A stretch of 64,000 bases of DNA from Natronospirales bacterium (GTDB taxonomy: Bacteria; Pseudomonadota; Gammaproteobacteria; Natronospirales; REEB76). The DNA is taken from contig JAGXAL010000001.1 of the NCBI GenBank assembly GCA_018971605.1, positions 17,622-81,621 on the forward strand, written 5' to 3'. Positions 21,006 through 33,659 of this stretch are shown here, piece after piece. The notes under the pieces are model-generated. The model was not told the origin of the DNA. It made no database searches and saw only the letters and a list, made by a program, of their open reading frames with translations. The position numbers were made by a program, and so were the translations under genes. Within the stretch, counting starts at the first letter, position 1, and every line of letters begins with the position of its first letter.

Positions 21006-21719
21006 CTATCCGCCCTGCCGACTGCCCGCCGCCGCCTTGCCGTACCGGCGGTGGGCCAAATCCAGAACCTGGTCGACCACCGCCTCGACCGCCGTGCCGG
21101 TGGTATTCAGCACCACGGCATCGGACGCCGGCTTCAGGGGTGAGACGGACCGGTTGCGGTCACGTTCGTCCCGGGCGACTAGGTCCTGAAAAAGGGCGGG
21201 CAGGTTAGCATTTAATCCTTTTTGTTTCAACTGGTTATAGCGTCTTTTCGCCCGCTCCTCGACGCTCGCGGTGAGGAAAATCTTGAGGCCGGCGTCCGGG
21301 AAAACCACCGTGCCCATGTCGCGGCCATCGGCCACCAAGCCGGGCGCGCGGCGGAAATTGCGCTGCACCGCCATCAGGCCCCGGCGTACCTCGGGAATGA
21401 CTGCCAACTCGGAGGCGCGCTTGCCGCTGTCTTCGCTGCGCAGGGCGGCTGTCACGTCCCGCCCCTCCAACAATATCTGTTCGTCACCAGCCGCTGTCTG
21501 TTTGAAATCCACGCGCAAGCCGCGCGCCAGCGCTTCGAGTTGTGCCGGATCGTCGCCGGACTTGCCGCGCTGCCGAGACACCTGCGCCAGAATCCGGTAC
21601 AACGCGCCACTATCCAGCAAATTCCAGCCGAGCGTTAGCGCCACGCGGCTCGCGACCGTGCCCTTGCCCGAGCCGCTCGGCCCGTCAATGGCAATGACCG
21701 GCGGCAGAGCGTTGTTCAT
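21006..21719 (-). CDS. cmk: cytidylate kinase
   Basis: [14 protein letters not shown]-loop. ATG 21719 overlaps the aroA stop (ATGA). Confidence 0.94.
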   Translation of the reverse strand: MNNALPPVIAIDGPSGSGKGTVASRVALTLGWNLLDSGALYRILAQVSRQRGKSGDDPAQLEALARGLRVDFKQTAAGDEQILLEGRDVTAALRSEDSGKRASELAVIPEVRRGLMAVQRNFRRAPGLVADGRDMGTVVFPDAGLKIFLTASVEERAKRRYNQLKQKGLNANLPALFQDLVARDERDRNRSVSPLKPASDAVVLNTTGTAVEAVVDQVLDLAHRRYGKAAAGSRQGG

Positions 21720-23059
21720 GCGGTTTCTTCCACGCGCAAATCCAGGCCGGTGCTGCGGGCGACCGCGGCAAACCCGGGGAAGGAAGTGTCCACGTTGCGG
21801 CAATTGCGGATCCGCAGTGGTTTGGCAGCGCGCAATGCCGCCATGGCAAAACTCATGGCGATGCGATGGTCGCCGCAACTGTCGATCTCGCCGCCTTTGA
21901 ATTCACCGACGCCGGTGAGTTGCAGGCCATCATCAAACGATTCCACCGGCACGCCCAGGCTACGCAAGCCTGCCGCCATGGCGGCCAGCCGGTCGCTCTC
22001 CTTCACGCGCAGTTCCGCGGCCCCGCGCAACGTGGTCCGTCCCTGCGCCAGTGCCGCCGCCACCATGAGCGCAGGCAATTCATCGATCGCCAGCGGCACA
22101 TCCGCCGCCGCGATTTCGATGCCATGCAAATGTCCACCCTGCACTTCTATATCGGCTGCCGGTTCCGCGCCCAGCTCACGCGGATTCTGCAGGTGGATTT
22201 CCGCGCCCATGCGGCGCAGCAAACGCAGTACGCCCTCGCGGGTCGGATTGATGCCCACGCTTTCCACCACCACACGGGTGCCCGGACAAATCGCCGCGCC
22301 GATCAGGAAGAACGCCGCGGAAGACAGATCGCCCGGCACCGTGATGTCCGCGGCCTGCAGCTCGCTGCCGCCGCGCACCCCTAGCCACGGTCCGTCACGC
22401 AGCACACGGCAGCCGAACGTCTGAAGCATGCGTTCGGTGTGATCGCGGCTCGGTGCCGGTTCCCGCAGCCAGGTTTCACCGCTGGCCTGCAGTCCGGCGA
22501 GCATGATCGCGGATTTCACCTGCGCACTCGCCACCGGCAACTCGTGGCGCCGGGCGGTGAGCGGCCGCCGGCCGTGCACCGTCAAGGGTGCGTGTCCATC
22601 AGTGCTTTCGAAACGTGCGCCCATTTGCGTAAGCGGCTCGATCACCCGTTGCATCGGGCGGCGCCGCAGCGAAGCATCTCCGTCCAGCGTGGTGGCGAAC
22701 GGCTGCCCTGCCAGCACGCCGCTCAACAAGCGCATGCTCGTTCCGGAATTGCCGCAGTCCAGTGTGCGCGCGCTCGCATGCAGATTTTCCGGGCCGGCGC
22801 CCCGCAGGTGCACATCGCGAGCCTGTCCCGGTGACGCCCGCACACCGAGCAGCCGCAGGGCGTTCAGCGTCGCTAGGCAGTCCTGGCTTTCCAGGAAATT
22901 CGAAATATGACTTTCGCCGTGGGCCATGGCACCCAGCAACAAGGCGCGGTGTGAAATGGATTTGTCACCCGGCACCCGGATGCGCCCCTGCAGGCGGCCG
23001 CCCGCTTGCACCACAAAATCGCAGCCACCGGCGTTGCCCACGACGGCAGCCGTGCTCAC
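21716..23059 (-). CDS. aroA: 3-phosphoshikimate 1-carboxyvinyltransferase (EPSP synthase)
   Basis: 447 aa. PGDKSISHRALLLG, LDCGNSGTSMRLL. GTG start overlaps the hisC stop (GTGA). Confidence 0.96.
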   Translation of the reverse strand: MSTAAVVGNAGGCDFVVQAGGRLQGRIRVPGDKSISHRALLLGAMAHGESHISNFLESQDCLATLNALRLLGVRASPGQARDVHLRGAGPENLHASARTLDCGNSGTSMRLLSGVLAGQPFATTLDGDASLRRRPMQRVIEPLTQMGARFESTDGHAPLTVHGRRPLTARRHELPVASAQVKSAIMLAGLQASGETWLREPAPSRDHTERMLQTFGCRVLRDGPWLGVRGGSELQAADITVPGDLSSAAFFLIGAAICPGTRVVVESVGINPTREGVLRLLRRMGAEIHLQNPRELGAEPAADIEVQGGHLHGIEIAAADVPLAIDELPALMVAAALAQGRTTLRGAAELRVKESDRLAAMAAGLRSLGVPVESFDDGLQLTGVGEFKGGEIDSCGDHRIAMSFAMAALRAAKPLRIRNCRNVDTSFPGFAAVARSTGLDLRVEETA

Positions 23060-24189
23060 GCCGTGAGCGCCCGCTCAAGCGCCAGCAGCAGGCGCTCGTT
23101 CTGTTCCGGCAGGCCGATGGTGATGCGCAAATGATTCGGCAAGCCGTAGTTGACCAGCGGCCGCACGATGATGCCCTGGTGCAGCAGTGCGGTATACATC
23201 GCACTTGCAGGTTTGACGAAATCCACCGTCAGGAAATTGGCGATCGATGGAATCCACTTCAATCCCAGTGTACGGAATCCCGCCTGCAGTTGCACCTGCC
23301 CCGAGCGGTTCAATTCCGTGCTGAGACGCACATGCGCCTGGTCGGAGAGCGCCGCCAAAGCGCCCGCCTGCGAAAGATTACTGACGTTGAACGCCGCACG
23401 CAGGCGGTTCAACAGTTCCGCCACGCGCGCATGCGACAGCGAATAGCCGCAACGCAGGCCGGCCAGCCCGTAGATCTTGGAAAAGGTGCGTGTCACTACG
23501 AGGTTGGGAAACTCGCCGAGCCACTGCCCGCAATCGGGATACTCCGCCTCGTTCACGTACTCGAGATAAGCCTCGTCCACCACCACCAGCACGCGCGGCG
23601 GCACCTGTTCCAGGAACCGGCGCAAGTCGCGCGCCGCCAGCCAGGTGCCGGTCGGGTTATTGGGGTTGGCGATGAACACCACGCGGGTATCGGCGTCAAT
23701 TGCCGCTCGCAGTTGCTCGAGGTCGTGGCCGTAGGGCGTCGTGGGGTGCTCCGGCGCACAGGCTTCGGCCACGCGGGCGACCGCGCCCACCGCCTGCGTG
23801 ACGATGGGATACACCGCAAATGCGTAGCGGGAAAACACCGCGTTCTTGCCCGGCTCCAAGAACGCGCGGGCGATGAACTCCAGATTCTGCTCGGAGCCGT
23901 TGCCGAGCGTAATGCAGGCCGGATCAATATGGTGTTTGGCTGCCAGCGCCTGGCGCAGTTCGTGCGCCTTGCCATCGGGGTAGATCGCCAGTCCCGCGAG
24001 CGCGGCACGCACGGCCGCCAGCGCCTTGGGGCTCGGTCCCAGCGGGTTTTCGTTGGACGCAAGCTTGATCACGTCGCGCACGCCGAATTCGCGCTGCAAT
24101 TCGCTGATCGGTTTGCCGGGCTCGTAGGGCTTCAAGGCCTTCACTCCCGGTGCACAGATGTCCATGAGATCGAAACTGAAATCCCGCAT
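23056..24189 (-). CDS. hisC: histidinol-phosphate/aromatic aminotransferase (HisC family)
   Basis: 377 aa. LASNENPLGPSP, PNNPTG, TFSKIYGLAGLRCGY. Confidence 0.9.
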   Translation of the reverse strand: MRDFSFDLMDICAPGVKALKPYEPGKPISELQREFGVRDVIKLASNENPLGPSPKALAAVRAALAGLAIYPDGKAHELRQALAAKHHIDPACITLGNGSEQNLEFIARAFLEPGKNAVFSRYAFAVYPIVTQAVGAVARVAEACAPEHPTTPYGHDLEQLRAAIDADTRVVFIANPNNPTGTWLAARDLRRFLEQVPPRVLVVVDEAYLEYVNEAEYPDCGQWLGEFPNLVVTRTFSKIYGLAGLRCGYSLSHARVAELLNRLRAAFNVSNLSQAGALAALSDQAHVRLSTELNRSGQVQLQAGFRTLGLKWIPSIANFLTVDFVKPASAMYTALLHQGIIVRPLVNYGLPNHLRITIGLPEQNERLLLALERALTA

Positions 24190-24204
24190 GCCCGCGACTC
24201 CCGT

Positions 24205-25281
24205 TCAGCCGTAACGGCGCTCGAAGGCGCGCATGAATTCCGCGAGCCGCGCCACGCCGGCTTCCGGCATGGCATTGTAAATGCTCGCACGGATGCCGCC
24301 GCGGCTGCGATGTCCGGCAAGATTTTGCAAGCCCGCCGCGACCGCTTCCCGCAGGAACACGGCTTCGAGATTGCGGTCATGCAGGAGAAACGGCACGTTC
24401 ATCAGGGAACGACTGGCGGGGTGCACCTTGTTGACATAGAAATCCGAAGCGTCCAGCACGGCATACAGCATCGCCGCTTTGCGCTGGTTGCGCGCCGCGA
24501 GCGCCCCGACACCGCCTTGCGCCTTGGTCCACTTGAGCATCTTGCCGAGCACGTACCAGGCGAACACCGGCGGCGTGTTGGGCAGCGATTCGGCCTCCAG
24601 CCACACCCGGTAATCCAGCAGCGAAGGCGTCGCGCGCGGCGGCGTCTGCAATGCCGCGGGATTCACGATGACCGCGGTGATGCCGGCGATACCGAGATTC
24701 TTCTGGGCCGAGGCGTAAATGAGCGCGTGTTGCGCAGTGGCCACCGGCCGCGACAGGATCATGGAAGTCATGTCGGCCGCAAGCGGTGCGCCGCGGCTCG
24801 CGGGCGTGAGGTGAAACTCGACGCCGGCGATGGTTTCGTTCACGGTGTAGTGCAGATAACCGGTGTCCGGCGGCAGCTGCCATTCCGTGTCCGCCGGCAA
24901 GCGCGTATAGCCGCTCTGGCTTCCATCCCACACGGCCTGCGCCTGCGCCACACGCTCGGCTTCGTGCAGGGCCTTGGCCGACCATTGGCCGGTCACCAGA
25001 TACGCGCCGCGGCCGCCGAGATTCAATGCCGACATGGCGAATTGCAGCGTGGCGCCGCCGGGCATGAACAACACATGGTAATCGGCGGGAATCTCCAGGA
25101 GCTCGCGAAAATCCGCCTCGGTTTCCCGCATAAGCGCACGAAATTCCGGACTGCGATGGCCGTATTCGAGGATGGAGATGCCGCTGCCGCGGAAATCCGG
25201 CAATTCCGTGCGGATCTCGGCCAGCACTTCGGCCGGCAGCATCGCGGGGCCCGCGCCGAAGTGGTACAGCGGTGGCGTCAT
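24205..25281 (-). CDS. serC: phosphoserine aminotransferase
   Basis: YHFGAGPAMLPAEVL..., ASAQKNLGIAG. Start taken at ATG 25281, 16 nt downstream of the gyrA stop. Confidence 0.94.
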   Translation of the reverse strand: MTPPLYHFGAGPAMLPAEVLAEIRTELPDFRGSGISILEYGHRSPEFRALMRETEADFRELLEIPADYHVLFMPGGATLQFAMSALNLGGRGAYLVTGQWSAKALHEAERVAQAQAVWDGSQSGYTRLPADTEWQLPPDTGYLHYTVNETIAGVEFHLTPASRGAPLAADMTSMILSRPVATAQHALIYASAQKNLGIAGITAVIVNPAALQTPPRATPSLLDYRVWLEAESLPNTPPVFAWYVLGKMLKWTKAQGGVGALAARNQRKAAMLYAVLDASDFYVNKVHPASRSLMNVPFLLHDRNLEAVFLREAVAAGLQNLAGHRSRGGIRASIYNAMPEAGVARLAEFMRAFERRYG

Positions 25282-25297
25282 TGTCTGGGGAGCGGCT

Positions 25298-27847
<2,550 letters not shown>

Positions 27848-27906
27848 GCGGGAAGGGCTTTTTGGAAAGGATTTTGGGCCGCCGGAAGCGGAAAATTAAA
27901 GTGCAA

Positions 27907-27915
27907 ATTTTACCA
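27907..27915 (-). promoter_or_regulatory. extended -10 (TGgTAAAAT) candidate gyrA promoter
   Basis: Minus-strand reading gives ATGGTAAAATTT, about 60 nt upstream of the gyrA ATG. The -35 is poor. Confidence 0.4.
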
Positions 27916-27990
27916 TAGAGGGCGTGTTTATCCGCTGCTGACGAGTGCGTGCGTGCATGCAAAACGGCAAAATCCCGGGCGCGACAAGTC

Positions 27991-27999
27991 TGCTATAGT
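27991..27999 (+). promoter_or_regulatory. extended -10 (TGcTATAGT) candidate promoter of the OmpA-like gene
   Basis: TG-C-TATAGT, 37 nt upstream of ATG 28036. Confidence 0.35.
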
Positions 28000-28035
28000 G
28001 AGTCGGCGTCAACGGCGCGCGCCTGCAGTCAGTGA

Positions 28036-28869
28036 ATGTCCAAATCAGAAAAACACAGTCTGGGGAAAACGCTGCGTCGCGGCATCACGCTGGCCATGGT
28101 GGCACTCGGCGCAGGTTGCACCGCGCCGCCGCCGCAACCGGACCTGCGTCTGGCCAACGGCGGACGGCCGCTCGGCAACCCCCAAGGCGTGTGTGTGCAA
28201 ATCGGCGTGCCGAATTCCGCCGCCCAGGACGCCTCGTGTTACGCGTTGGCGGCCGCGCCTGCCGATGAACACGTCGAACCACTGCCGCTGGACGAATTCG
28301 GCTACCTGTTCCCGGCACTCAAGCCCGAGCCCAAATTGGCGCCGGTGCAGATTCCGCCGCCACCGCCGGCGGTGGCAACGTTGGCGCAACCCATGCCGCT
28401 AATTGCAGCCACTGCCTCGCTCGCGCCGACGCCGGCAAGCGCTTGGACAGTGCCCTCTCCGGCCGCGTCGCCCTCAGCCGCTGCCGCAGTCACGCCGACT
28501 GTGGCGCGCTACGTGACCAAGACCCTGCATTTCACTACCGCGCTGCCGTTCAAGCTGAACAGCGCACACCTGGCACGCGCCAATACGGCTGCGCTTACGG
28601 CGTTCATCAATTCGCTGGCACAGTATCGCGGCCTGGTGAGCCTGCGCATCACCGGGCACACCGATCACAGCGGCCCTGCGCGTTTTAATAACTGGCTGTC
28701 GTTGATGCGTGCCAAATCCGTCGAGCTCCGCCTGCTGTCCCTGGGCGCCGATCCGCGCAGTATTCAAATCCGCGGCGTGGGCAGCACGGAGCCACGCGTG
28801 CATGCCCACACCGCCGCCGATAATCGCTATGTGGATATTGAAGTGGTGGTGCGCGTGCCGGCCAGTTGA
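28036..28869 (+). CDS. OmpA-family lipoprotein with Pro/Ala-rich linker
   Basis: Lipobox LGAGC near the N-terminus and a P/A-rich middle region. C-terminal OmpA domain (ITGHTDHSGPARFNNWLSLMRAKSV...). Confidence 0.85.
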   Translation: MSKSEKHSLGKTLRRGITLAMVALGAGCTAPPPQPDLRLANGGRPLGNPQGVCVQIGVPNSAAQDASCYALAAAPADEHVEPLPLDEFGYLFPALKPEPKLAPVQIPPPPPAVATLAQPMPLIAATASLAPTPASAWTVPSPAASPSAAAAVTPTVARYVTKTLHFTTALPFKLNSAHLARANTAALTAFINSLAQYRGLVSLRITGHTDHSGPARFNNWLSLMRAKSVELRLLSLGADPRSIQIRGVGSTEPRVHAHTAADNRYVDIEVVVRVPAS

Positions 28870-28893
28870 GTGTCCGTGGATTGATGGTTCCCG

Positions 28894-30225
28894 ATGACGC
28901 CCGCTGATCTCGTCATGCATGCGCGCTGGGTGATCCCGGTCGAGCCCGATGGTGCAATTCTCGAAAATCACGCGCTGGTAGTTCGCGACGGACGCATCCA
29001 GGCGTTGCTGCCCTCGGACGCCGCGCGCCGGCAATTCCAGGCGCCAGCCAGCGTCGAACTGCCGAACCACGTGCTGATCCCCGGTTTTGTCAACGCCTAT
29101 ACCTGTGCCGCCGCAAGTCTGCTGCGTGGCTTTGCAGATGACGCGCCGCCCGTGCCCGAGCAGGATGTCGGGCACAATGAAATTCGCTGGGCGACTGCCG
29201 AGTTCGTGCGCGATGGCGGCGAACTGGCCATGGCCGGCATGCTGCGCAGCGGTACGACCTGTTTCAATGACGCCAGTCCGTTCCCCGATGCCATCGCCGA
29301 AGCGGTGCAACGCTGCGGACTGCGTGCCTGTCTGGGCATGAGCGTGTCGGATACGCCGTCCGCCTGGGCCGGCACAAGGCAGGAATATCTCGCCAAAGGC
29401 ATCGCGTTGCGTGACCGCTACAAGGACGATCCGCTGCTGAGTTTTACGTTCGCACTGCGCCGCTCGCCTGCCTTGGCCGAGCCGTGGATGAAGGAAATCA
29501 TGGTGCTCGCTGACGAATTGGACGTACCGGCGCATGCCTGCCTGCATGCCAGCCGCGCCGAGATCGAACGCAGCCTGCAACAATCCGGCCAACGTCCGCT
29601 GGCGCGCCTGACGGCATCGGGATGGCTGAGTTCGAATTTCATCCTTGTGCACATGACCCAATTGCTTGACGACGAGATTGCTCTGCTCGCGCGATCCGGC
29701 GTGCACGTGGTGCACTGCCCGCGCTCCAGTCTGAAACTCGCGCGCGGCTTCTGTCCGGTGGTCAAGCTGCTGGCGGCGGACGTGAATGTGGCGCTCGGTA
29801 CCGACGGTATTGCCGGTGGCAACGGCACCGACATGCTGGCCGAAATGCAGTGTGCCGCGTTGCTCGCCAAAGCCGTGGCGGATGATGCTACAACGCTGCC
29901 GGCCGCGGCTGCCTTGCGCATGGCCACCTTGAATGGCGCGCGCGCTCTCGGTCTGGAGCAGGACGTCGGCTCATTGCTGCCGGGCAAATGGGCCGACGTC
30001 ACTGCCATCGACATGCAGGTACCCGAGTGCCAGCCACTCTACCATCCACTTTCGCAGCTCGTGTACCACGCCGGGCGCCAACAGGTGAGCGACGTGTGGG
30101 TGGCCGGCCGGCAGTTGTTGCGCTCCGGCCGGCTGACGACGCTGGACGCGGATGCCATCCTCGCGCGCGCCGCAGGCTGGCAGCAACGTATCGGTGCGCA
30201 AACGCGCGCGGCGGTGAGCGCATGA
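28894..30225 (+). CDS. mtaD: amidohydrolase, 5-methylthioadenosine/S-adenosylhomocysteine deaminase-like
   Basis: 443 aa of the TRZ/ATZ/MtaD family ([10 protein letters not shown]..., ALGTDG...). Conserved position upstream of ubiG. Confidence 0.8.
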   Translation: MTPADLVMHARWVIPVEPDGAILENHALVVRDGRIQALLPSDAARRQFQAPASVELPNHVLIPGFVNAYTCAAASLLRGFADDAPPVPEQDVGHNEIRWATAEFVRDGGELAMAGMLRSGTTCFNDASPFPDAIAEAVQRCGLRACLGMSVSDTPSAWAGTRQEYLAKGIALRDRYKDDPLLSFTFALRRSPALAEPWMKEIMVLADELDVPAHACLHASRAEIERSLQQSGQRPLARLTASGWLSSNFILVHMTQLLDDEIALLARSGVHVVHCPRSSLKLARGFCPVVKLLAADVNVALGTDGIAGGNGTDMLAEMQCAALLAKAVADDATTLPAAAALRMATLNGARALGLEQDVGSLLPGKWADVTAIDMQVPECQPLYHPLSQLVYHAGRQQVSDVWVAGRQLLRSGRLTTLDADAILARAAGWQQRIGAQTRAAVSA

Positions 30226-30932
30226 CTACGTTGCATGCCAACACGGATCGGCGCGAGATTTCCAAATTCGACGCGCTCGCCTCACGCTGGTGGGATCCGC
30301 AGGGCGAATTCCGCACGTTGCATCAAATCAATCCCTTGCGGCTCGACTACATCGAGCGCCGCACCGGCCTAAAAAATCACAAAGTGCTGGACGTCGGCTG
30401 CGGCGGCGGCTTGTTGGCGGAAGCCATGGCGGCGCGCGGCGCCGCAGTCACCGGCATCGACATGGCCGAGGAGTCCCTGGCGGTGGCCCGGCTGCACCTG
30501 CACGAATCCGGGCTGCAGGTCGATTACCGCAAAACCAGCGCCGAATCGCTGGCGGCGGAAGCGCCGGCGCAGTTCGACGTGGTGACCTGCATGGAAATGC
30601 TGGAGCACGTCCCGGATCCGGAATCCATCGTGCGCGCCTGCGCCACGCTGGTCAGCCCCGGCGGCCAAGTGTTTTTCTCCACGCTAAACCGCAAGCCCAA
30701 GGCTTTTCTGCTCGCGATCCTCGCTGCAGAGTACGCACTGCGGCTGGTGCCGCGCGGTATCCACGAGTACGCCAGATTCATCCGGCCTTCCGAGCTCGAC
30801 CAGTGGGCACGGTGCGCGGGCTTGGAATTGCTCGGCAGCGCCGGGCTGCACTACAACCCGCTCACGCGCGTGTACCATCTCGGCGGGAACTTGGACGTGA
30901 ATTACTTCCTGCACTTCCGCCGGCCGGACTGA
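30222..30932 (+). CDS. ubiG: bifunctional 3-demethylubiquinone 3-O-methyltransferase
   Basis: [43 protein letters not shown]...[16 protein letters not shown] overlaps the mtaD stop (ATGA). Confidence 0.94.
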   Translation: MTTLHANTDRREISKFDALASRWWDPQGEFRTLHQINPLRLDYIERRTGLKNHKVLDVGCGGGLLAEAMAARGAAVTGIDMAEESLAVARLHLHESGLQVDYRKTSAESLAAEAPAQFDVVTCMEMLEHVPDPESIVRACATLVSPGGQVFFSTLNRKPKAFLLAILAAEYALRLVPRGIHEYARFIRPSELDQWARCAGLELLGSAGLHYNPLTRVYHLGGNLDVNYFLHFRRPD

Positions 30933-30937
30933 ACGCC

Positions 30938-31627
30938 ATGCGGCTCATACTTTTCGATTTAGACGGTACGCTTCTGGACACGGCTCCGGACCTGGGTGCC
31001 GCCTTGAACGCCCAACGCGCCGAGCACCGGATGCCGCCGCTGCCGCAGGAACGCATCCGCCCGGTGGTGTCGCACGGTTCCCCGGCGCTGCTCAAGCTCG
31101 GTTTTGGCGTCGAACCCAATGATTCGCGCTACGCGACGATGCGCGCCCGCCTTCTGGAAATCTATCGTGGCCGTCTGCACCGCGAAACCCGGATGTTCAG
31201 CGGAGTGGACACGTTGCTGAACACGCTGGAGCGCGACGCGCTGCGCTGGGGTGTGGTCACCAACAAGCCCGGGGCCCTCACCTTGCCGCTGCTGGAAGCC
31301 TTCGATTTGAAACAACGTGCCGCCTGCATAGTCAGCGGCGACAGCGTGCCGCGGCGCAAACCGCATCCTGACCAGCTGCTGCACGCCTGCGTGCTTGCCG
31401 GAGCGCAGCCGCAGGAAACCATATATGTGGGCGACGCCGAGCGCGATGTGCAAGCCGCGCATGCAGCCGGAATGCGCGCGCTGGTGGCGCTGTACGGCTA
31501 CATCGGCAGCGATGAGCACCCGGAAAGCTGGCGGGCTGACGCGCTGCTCGCGGCGCCCGGTGATTTGCTCGACTGGCTGCGCGCGCAGGCAGCCGCAGAA
31601 CCCGTTTTGGACGGCATGGCGTCATGA
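30938..31627 (+). CDS. HAD-IA hydrolase (phosphoglycolate phosphatase / MupP-like)
   Basis: MRLILFDLDGTLLDT..., VVTNKP..., YVGDAERDVQAAHAAGM. Confidence 0.88.
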   Translation: MRLILFDLDGTLLDTAPDLGAALNAQRAEHRMPPLPQERIRPVVSHGSPALLKLGFGVEPNDSRYATMRARLLEIYRGRLHRETRMFSGVDTLLNTLERDALRWGVVTNKPGALTLPLLEAFDLKQRAACIVSGDSVPRRKPHPDQLLHACVLAGAQPQETIYVGDAERDVQAAHAAGMRALVALYGYIGSDEHPESWRADALLAAPGDLLDWLRAQAAAEPVLDGMAS

Positions 31628-32835
31628 TCGCGGTATACATCGTCATCGCGCTGATTGTCGGTATGCTCGCGGGCTACGCTGCGGCCACCCTGTTTGCGCA
31701 CAAGCGCAACAGCGAATTGCGCGTGGAACTTGCGGCACTCCAGGCCAAGACTGCAGCGCTCAGCGGTGCGCGCGAACAGATGGAAAACACCTTCAAGGCG
31801 CTCGCCGGCGATGCGCTGCGTGCCAGCAGCCAGTCGCTGCTGGAACTCGCCGGCCAGAATCTCGGCAAGTTCCAGGCCGAAGCCAAGGGCGATTTGGAAA
31901 AACGCCAGCAGGCGTTCGCCGAACTGATCAAGCCCATCGGCGACACTCTGAGGAAAACCGAAGAACAGATCGGAGAGATCAAGAAAGATCACGGCAACAT
32001 CAGCCGCTACCTTACCAGCATGCAGGAAGCCCAGACACAATTGCAGTCGGAAACCCGCAATCTGGTGAACGCGCTGCGCCGACCCGAGGTGCGCGGGCGT
32101 TGGGGCGAGATGACTTTGCGGCGGCTGGCGGAACTCGCCGGTATGGTGGAGCGCTGCGATTTTGAGGAACAGGTGCACACCGAAACCGAAGAAGGGGCGC
32201 TGCGCCCCGACATGGTGGTGCATCTGGCCGAAAACCGCACGCTGGTGGTGGATGCCAAAACGCCGCTAGACAGTTACATCGCGGCACTGGAAGCAAGTAC
32301 GCCCGAGGAGCGCGAAAGTCATCTGGCCCAGCACGCACGCAAAGTGCGCGAGCGTATCAAGGAACTGGCCAGCAAACGCTACTGGGATCAGTTCAAGAGC
32401 AGCCCGGATTTCGTGATTCTGTTCATCCCCGGCGATCAATTCCTGTCCGCAGCGCTCGACAAGGAGCATGAACTGCAGGAGGAAGCGTTGCGCCAGAAGG
32501 TGCTGCTGGCCACGCCCACCAGCCTCATGGCGCTGCTCAAGGTTGTGGCTTACGGCTGGCGGCAGATCGCGCTGGCGGAAAATGCCGAACAGATACGGGA
32601 TCTGGCCGCGACCCTGCATCAGCGGCTGGCGATCTTCGGCGAGCATCTCGACCAGATGGGCCACGCACTGGGAAAGAGCGTGGAGAATTACAACAAGGCC
32701 GTGGGCTCGCTGGAGCGCCAAGTGTTGCCAGCCGCGCGCCGCTTCACCGAGCTGGGCGTGCAGTCCAAAAAAGAATTGCCACGGCTCGATCCATTGGATA
32801 CCGCGCCGCGCCTCGACCACAACGACAAACCATGA
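31624..32835 (+). CDS. rmuC: DNA recombination protein RmuC
   Basis: 403 aa. N-terminal TM, coiled coil and RmuC domain (RGRWGEMTLRR..., DFVILFIPGDQF). ATGA overlap with the upstream gene. Confidence 0.92.
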   Translation: MIAVYIVIALIVGMLAGYAAATLFAHKRNSELRVELAALQAKTAALSGAREQMENTFKALAGDALRASSQSLLELAGQNLGKFQAEAKGDLEKRQQAFAELIKPIGDTLRKTEEQIGEIKKDHGNISRYLTSMQEAQTQLQSETRNLVNALRRPEVRGRWGEMTLRRLAELAGMVERCDFEEQVHTETEEGALRPDMVVHLAENRTLVVDAKTPLDSYIAALEASTPEERESHLAQHARKVRERIKELASKRYWDQFKSSPDFVILFIPGDQFLSAALDKEHELQEEALRQKVLLATPTSLMALLKVVAYGWRQIALAENAEQIRDLAATLHQRLAIFGEHLDQMGHALGKSVENYNKAVGSLERQVLPAARRFTELGVQSKKELPRLDPLDTAPRLDHNDKP

Positions 32836-33659
32836 CCGGGGCCGAGGATGCGCGGCGCAAACTCGTTGCCGCACCTGCGGATTTGCGTTTCGCCGTGCTG
32901 TTTTCTCCCCGCAATCAGCGTGCCGCGCTCACCGCACTACTGGCGGTGTATCTCGAAATCCGTGAAGTCCTGCAGGAGTGCTCCGACAAAGGCGTGGCGC
33001 ACAGCAAACTTGCCTGGTGGCGGGAGGAAATCGGCTTGCTCGCCGAGTATCGCCCGCGCCATCCGCTGAGCGCGAATCTCGCGCCCTTTCTGCCGGATGA
33101 ATTTGCCTGGCAAGCCGCACTGCTGGCAATCGTCGCCAGCGTCGAGACGGACGTGGCCTTGCCCGCGTTCCCGCAATTCGCGGACGTGGAGCGGTACTGT
33201 GCAGGCTGCGGCGGCGCGCTGCTGGAACTGAGCGCGGCGCTTGGCGGCGCGCGTCACAGTGAGGCGCTTGTGGCCGCACGCAGCCGGGGAAGCGGTTGGC
33301 AGTTGGCGGAGCTTGTGCTGCAGGCCGGCGAACATGCCGAGCAAGGGCGTGTGTATTTCGCGAGTGCGGATTTGCACAAGCACTCTGTGGACCGGCACAT
33401 CGTCGCCGGAGTGCACGCCAACACCGGCCTCACGGCGCTGCTTGCCGACTACTCTGGGCGCGCCCGTGCGTTTGCAACTGCCGCAGCGCCGCCGGCCGAT
33501 GCTGACGCCCTGGTCGCTGCGCGGGTGGTGAGCGGCCTGGCCTGTGCGCACCTGAAAAAATTTGCCGCACTCAATTACGATGCCACATTGCCGCCGGTAG
33601 AATTGTCGCCTTTCGCGCAACTGTGGAACGCTTGGCGCTGCGCACGACGTGACGTGTGA
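32832..33659 (+). CDS. squalene/phytoene synthase-family protein lacking the Asp-rich motifs
   Basis: 275 aa. Family-like pattern ALLAVYLEIREV...KLAWWREEI...GWQLAELVLQAGEHAEQGRVYF. ATGA overlap with rmuC. Confidence 0.65.
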   Translation: MTGAEDARRKLVAAPADLRFAVLFSPRNQRAALTALLAVYLEIREVLQECSDKGVAHSKLAWWREEIGLLAEYRPRHPLSANLAPFLPDEFAWQAALLAIVASVETDVALPAFPQFADVERYCAGCGGALLELSAALGGARHSEALVAARSRGSGWQLAELVLQAGEHAEQGRVYFASADLHKHSVDRHIVAGVHANTGLTALLADYSGRARAFATAAAPPADADALVAARVVSGLACAHLKKFAALNYDATLPPVELSPFAQLWNAWRCARRDV

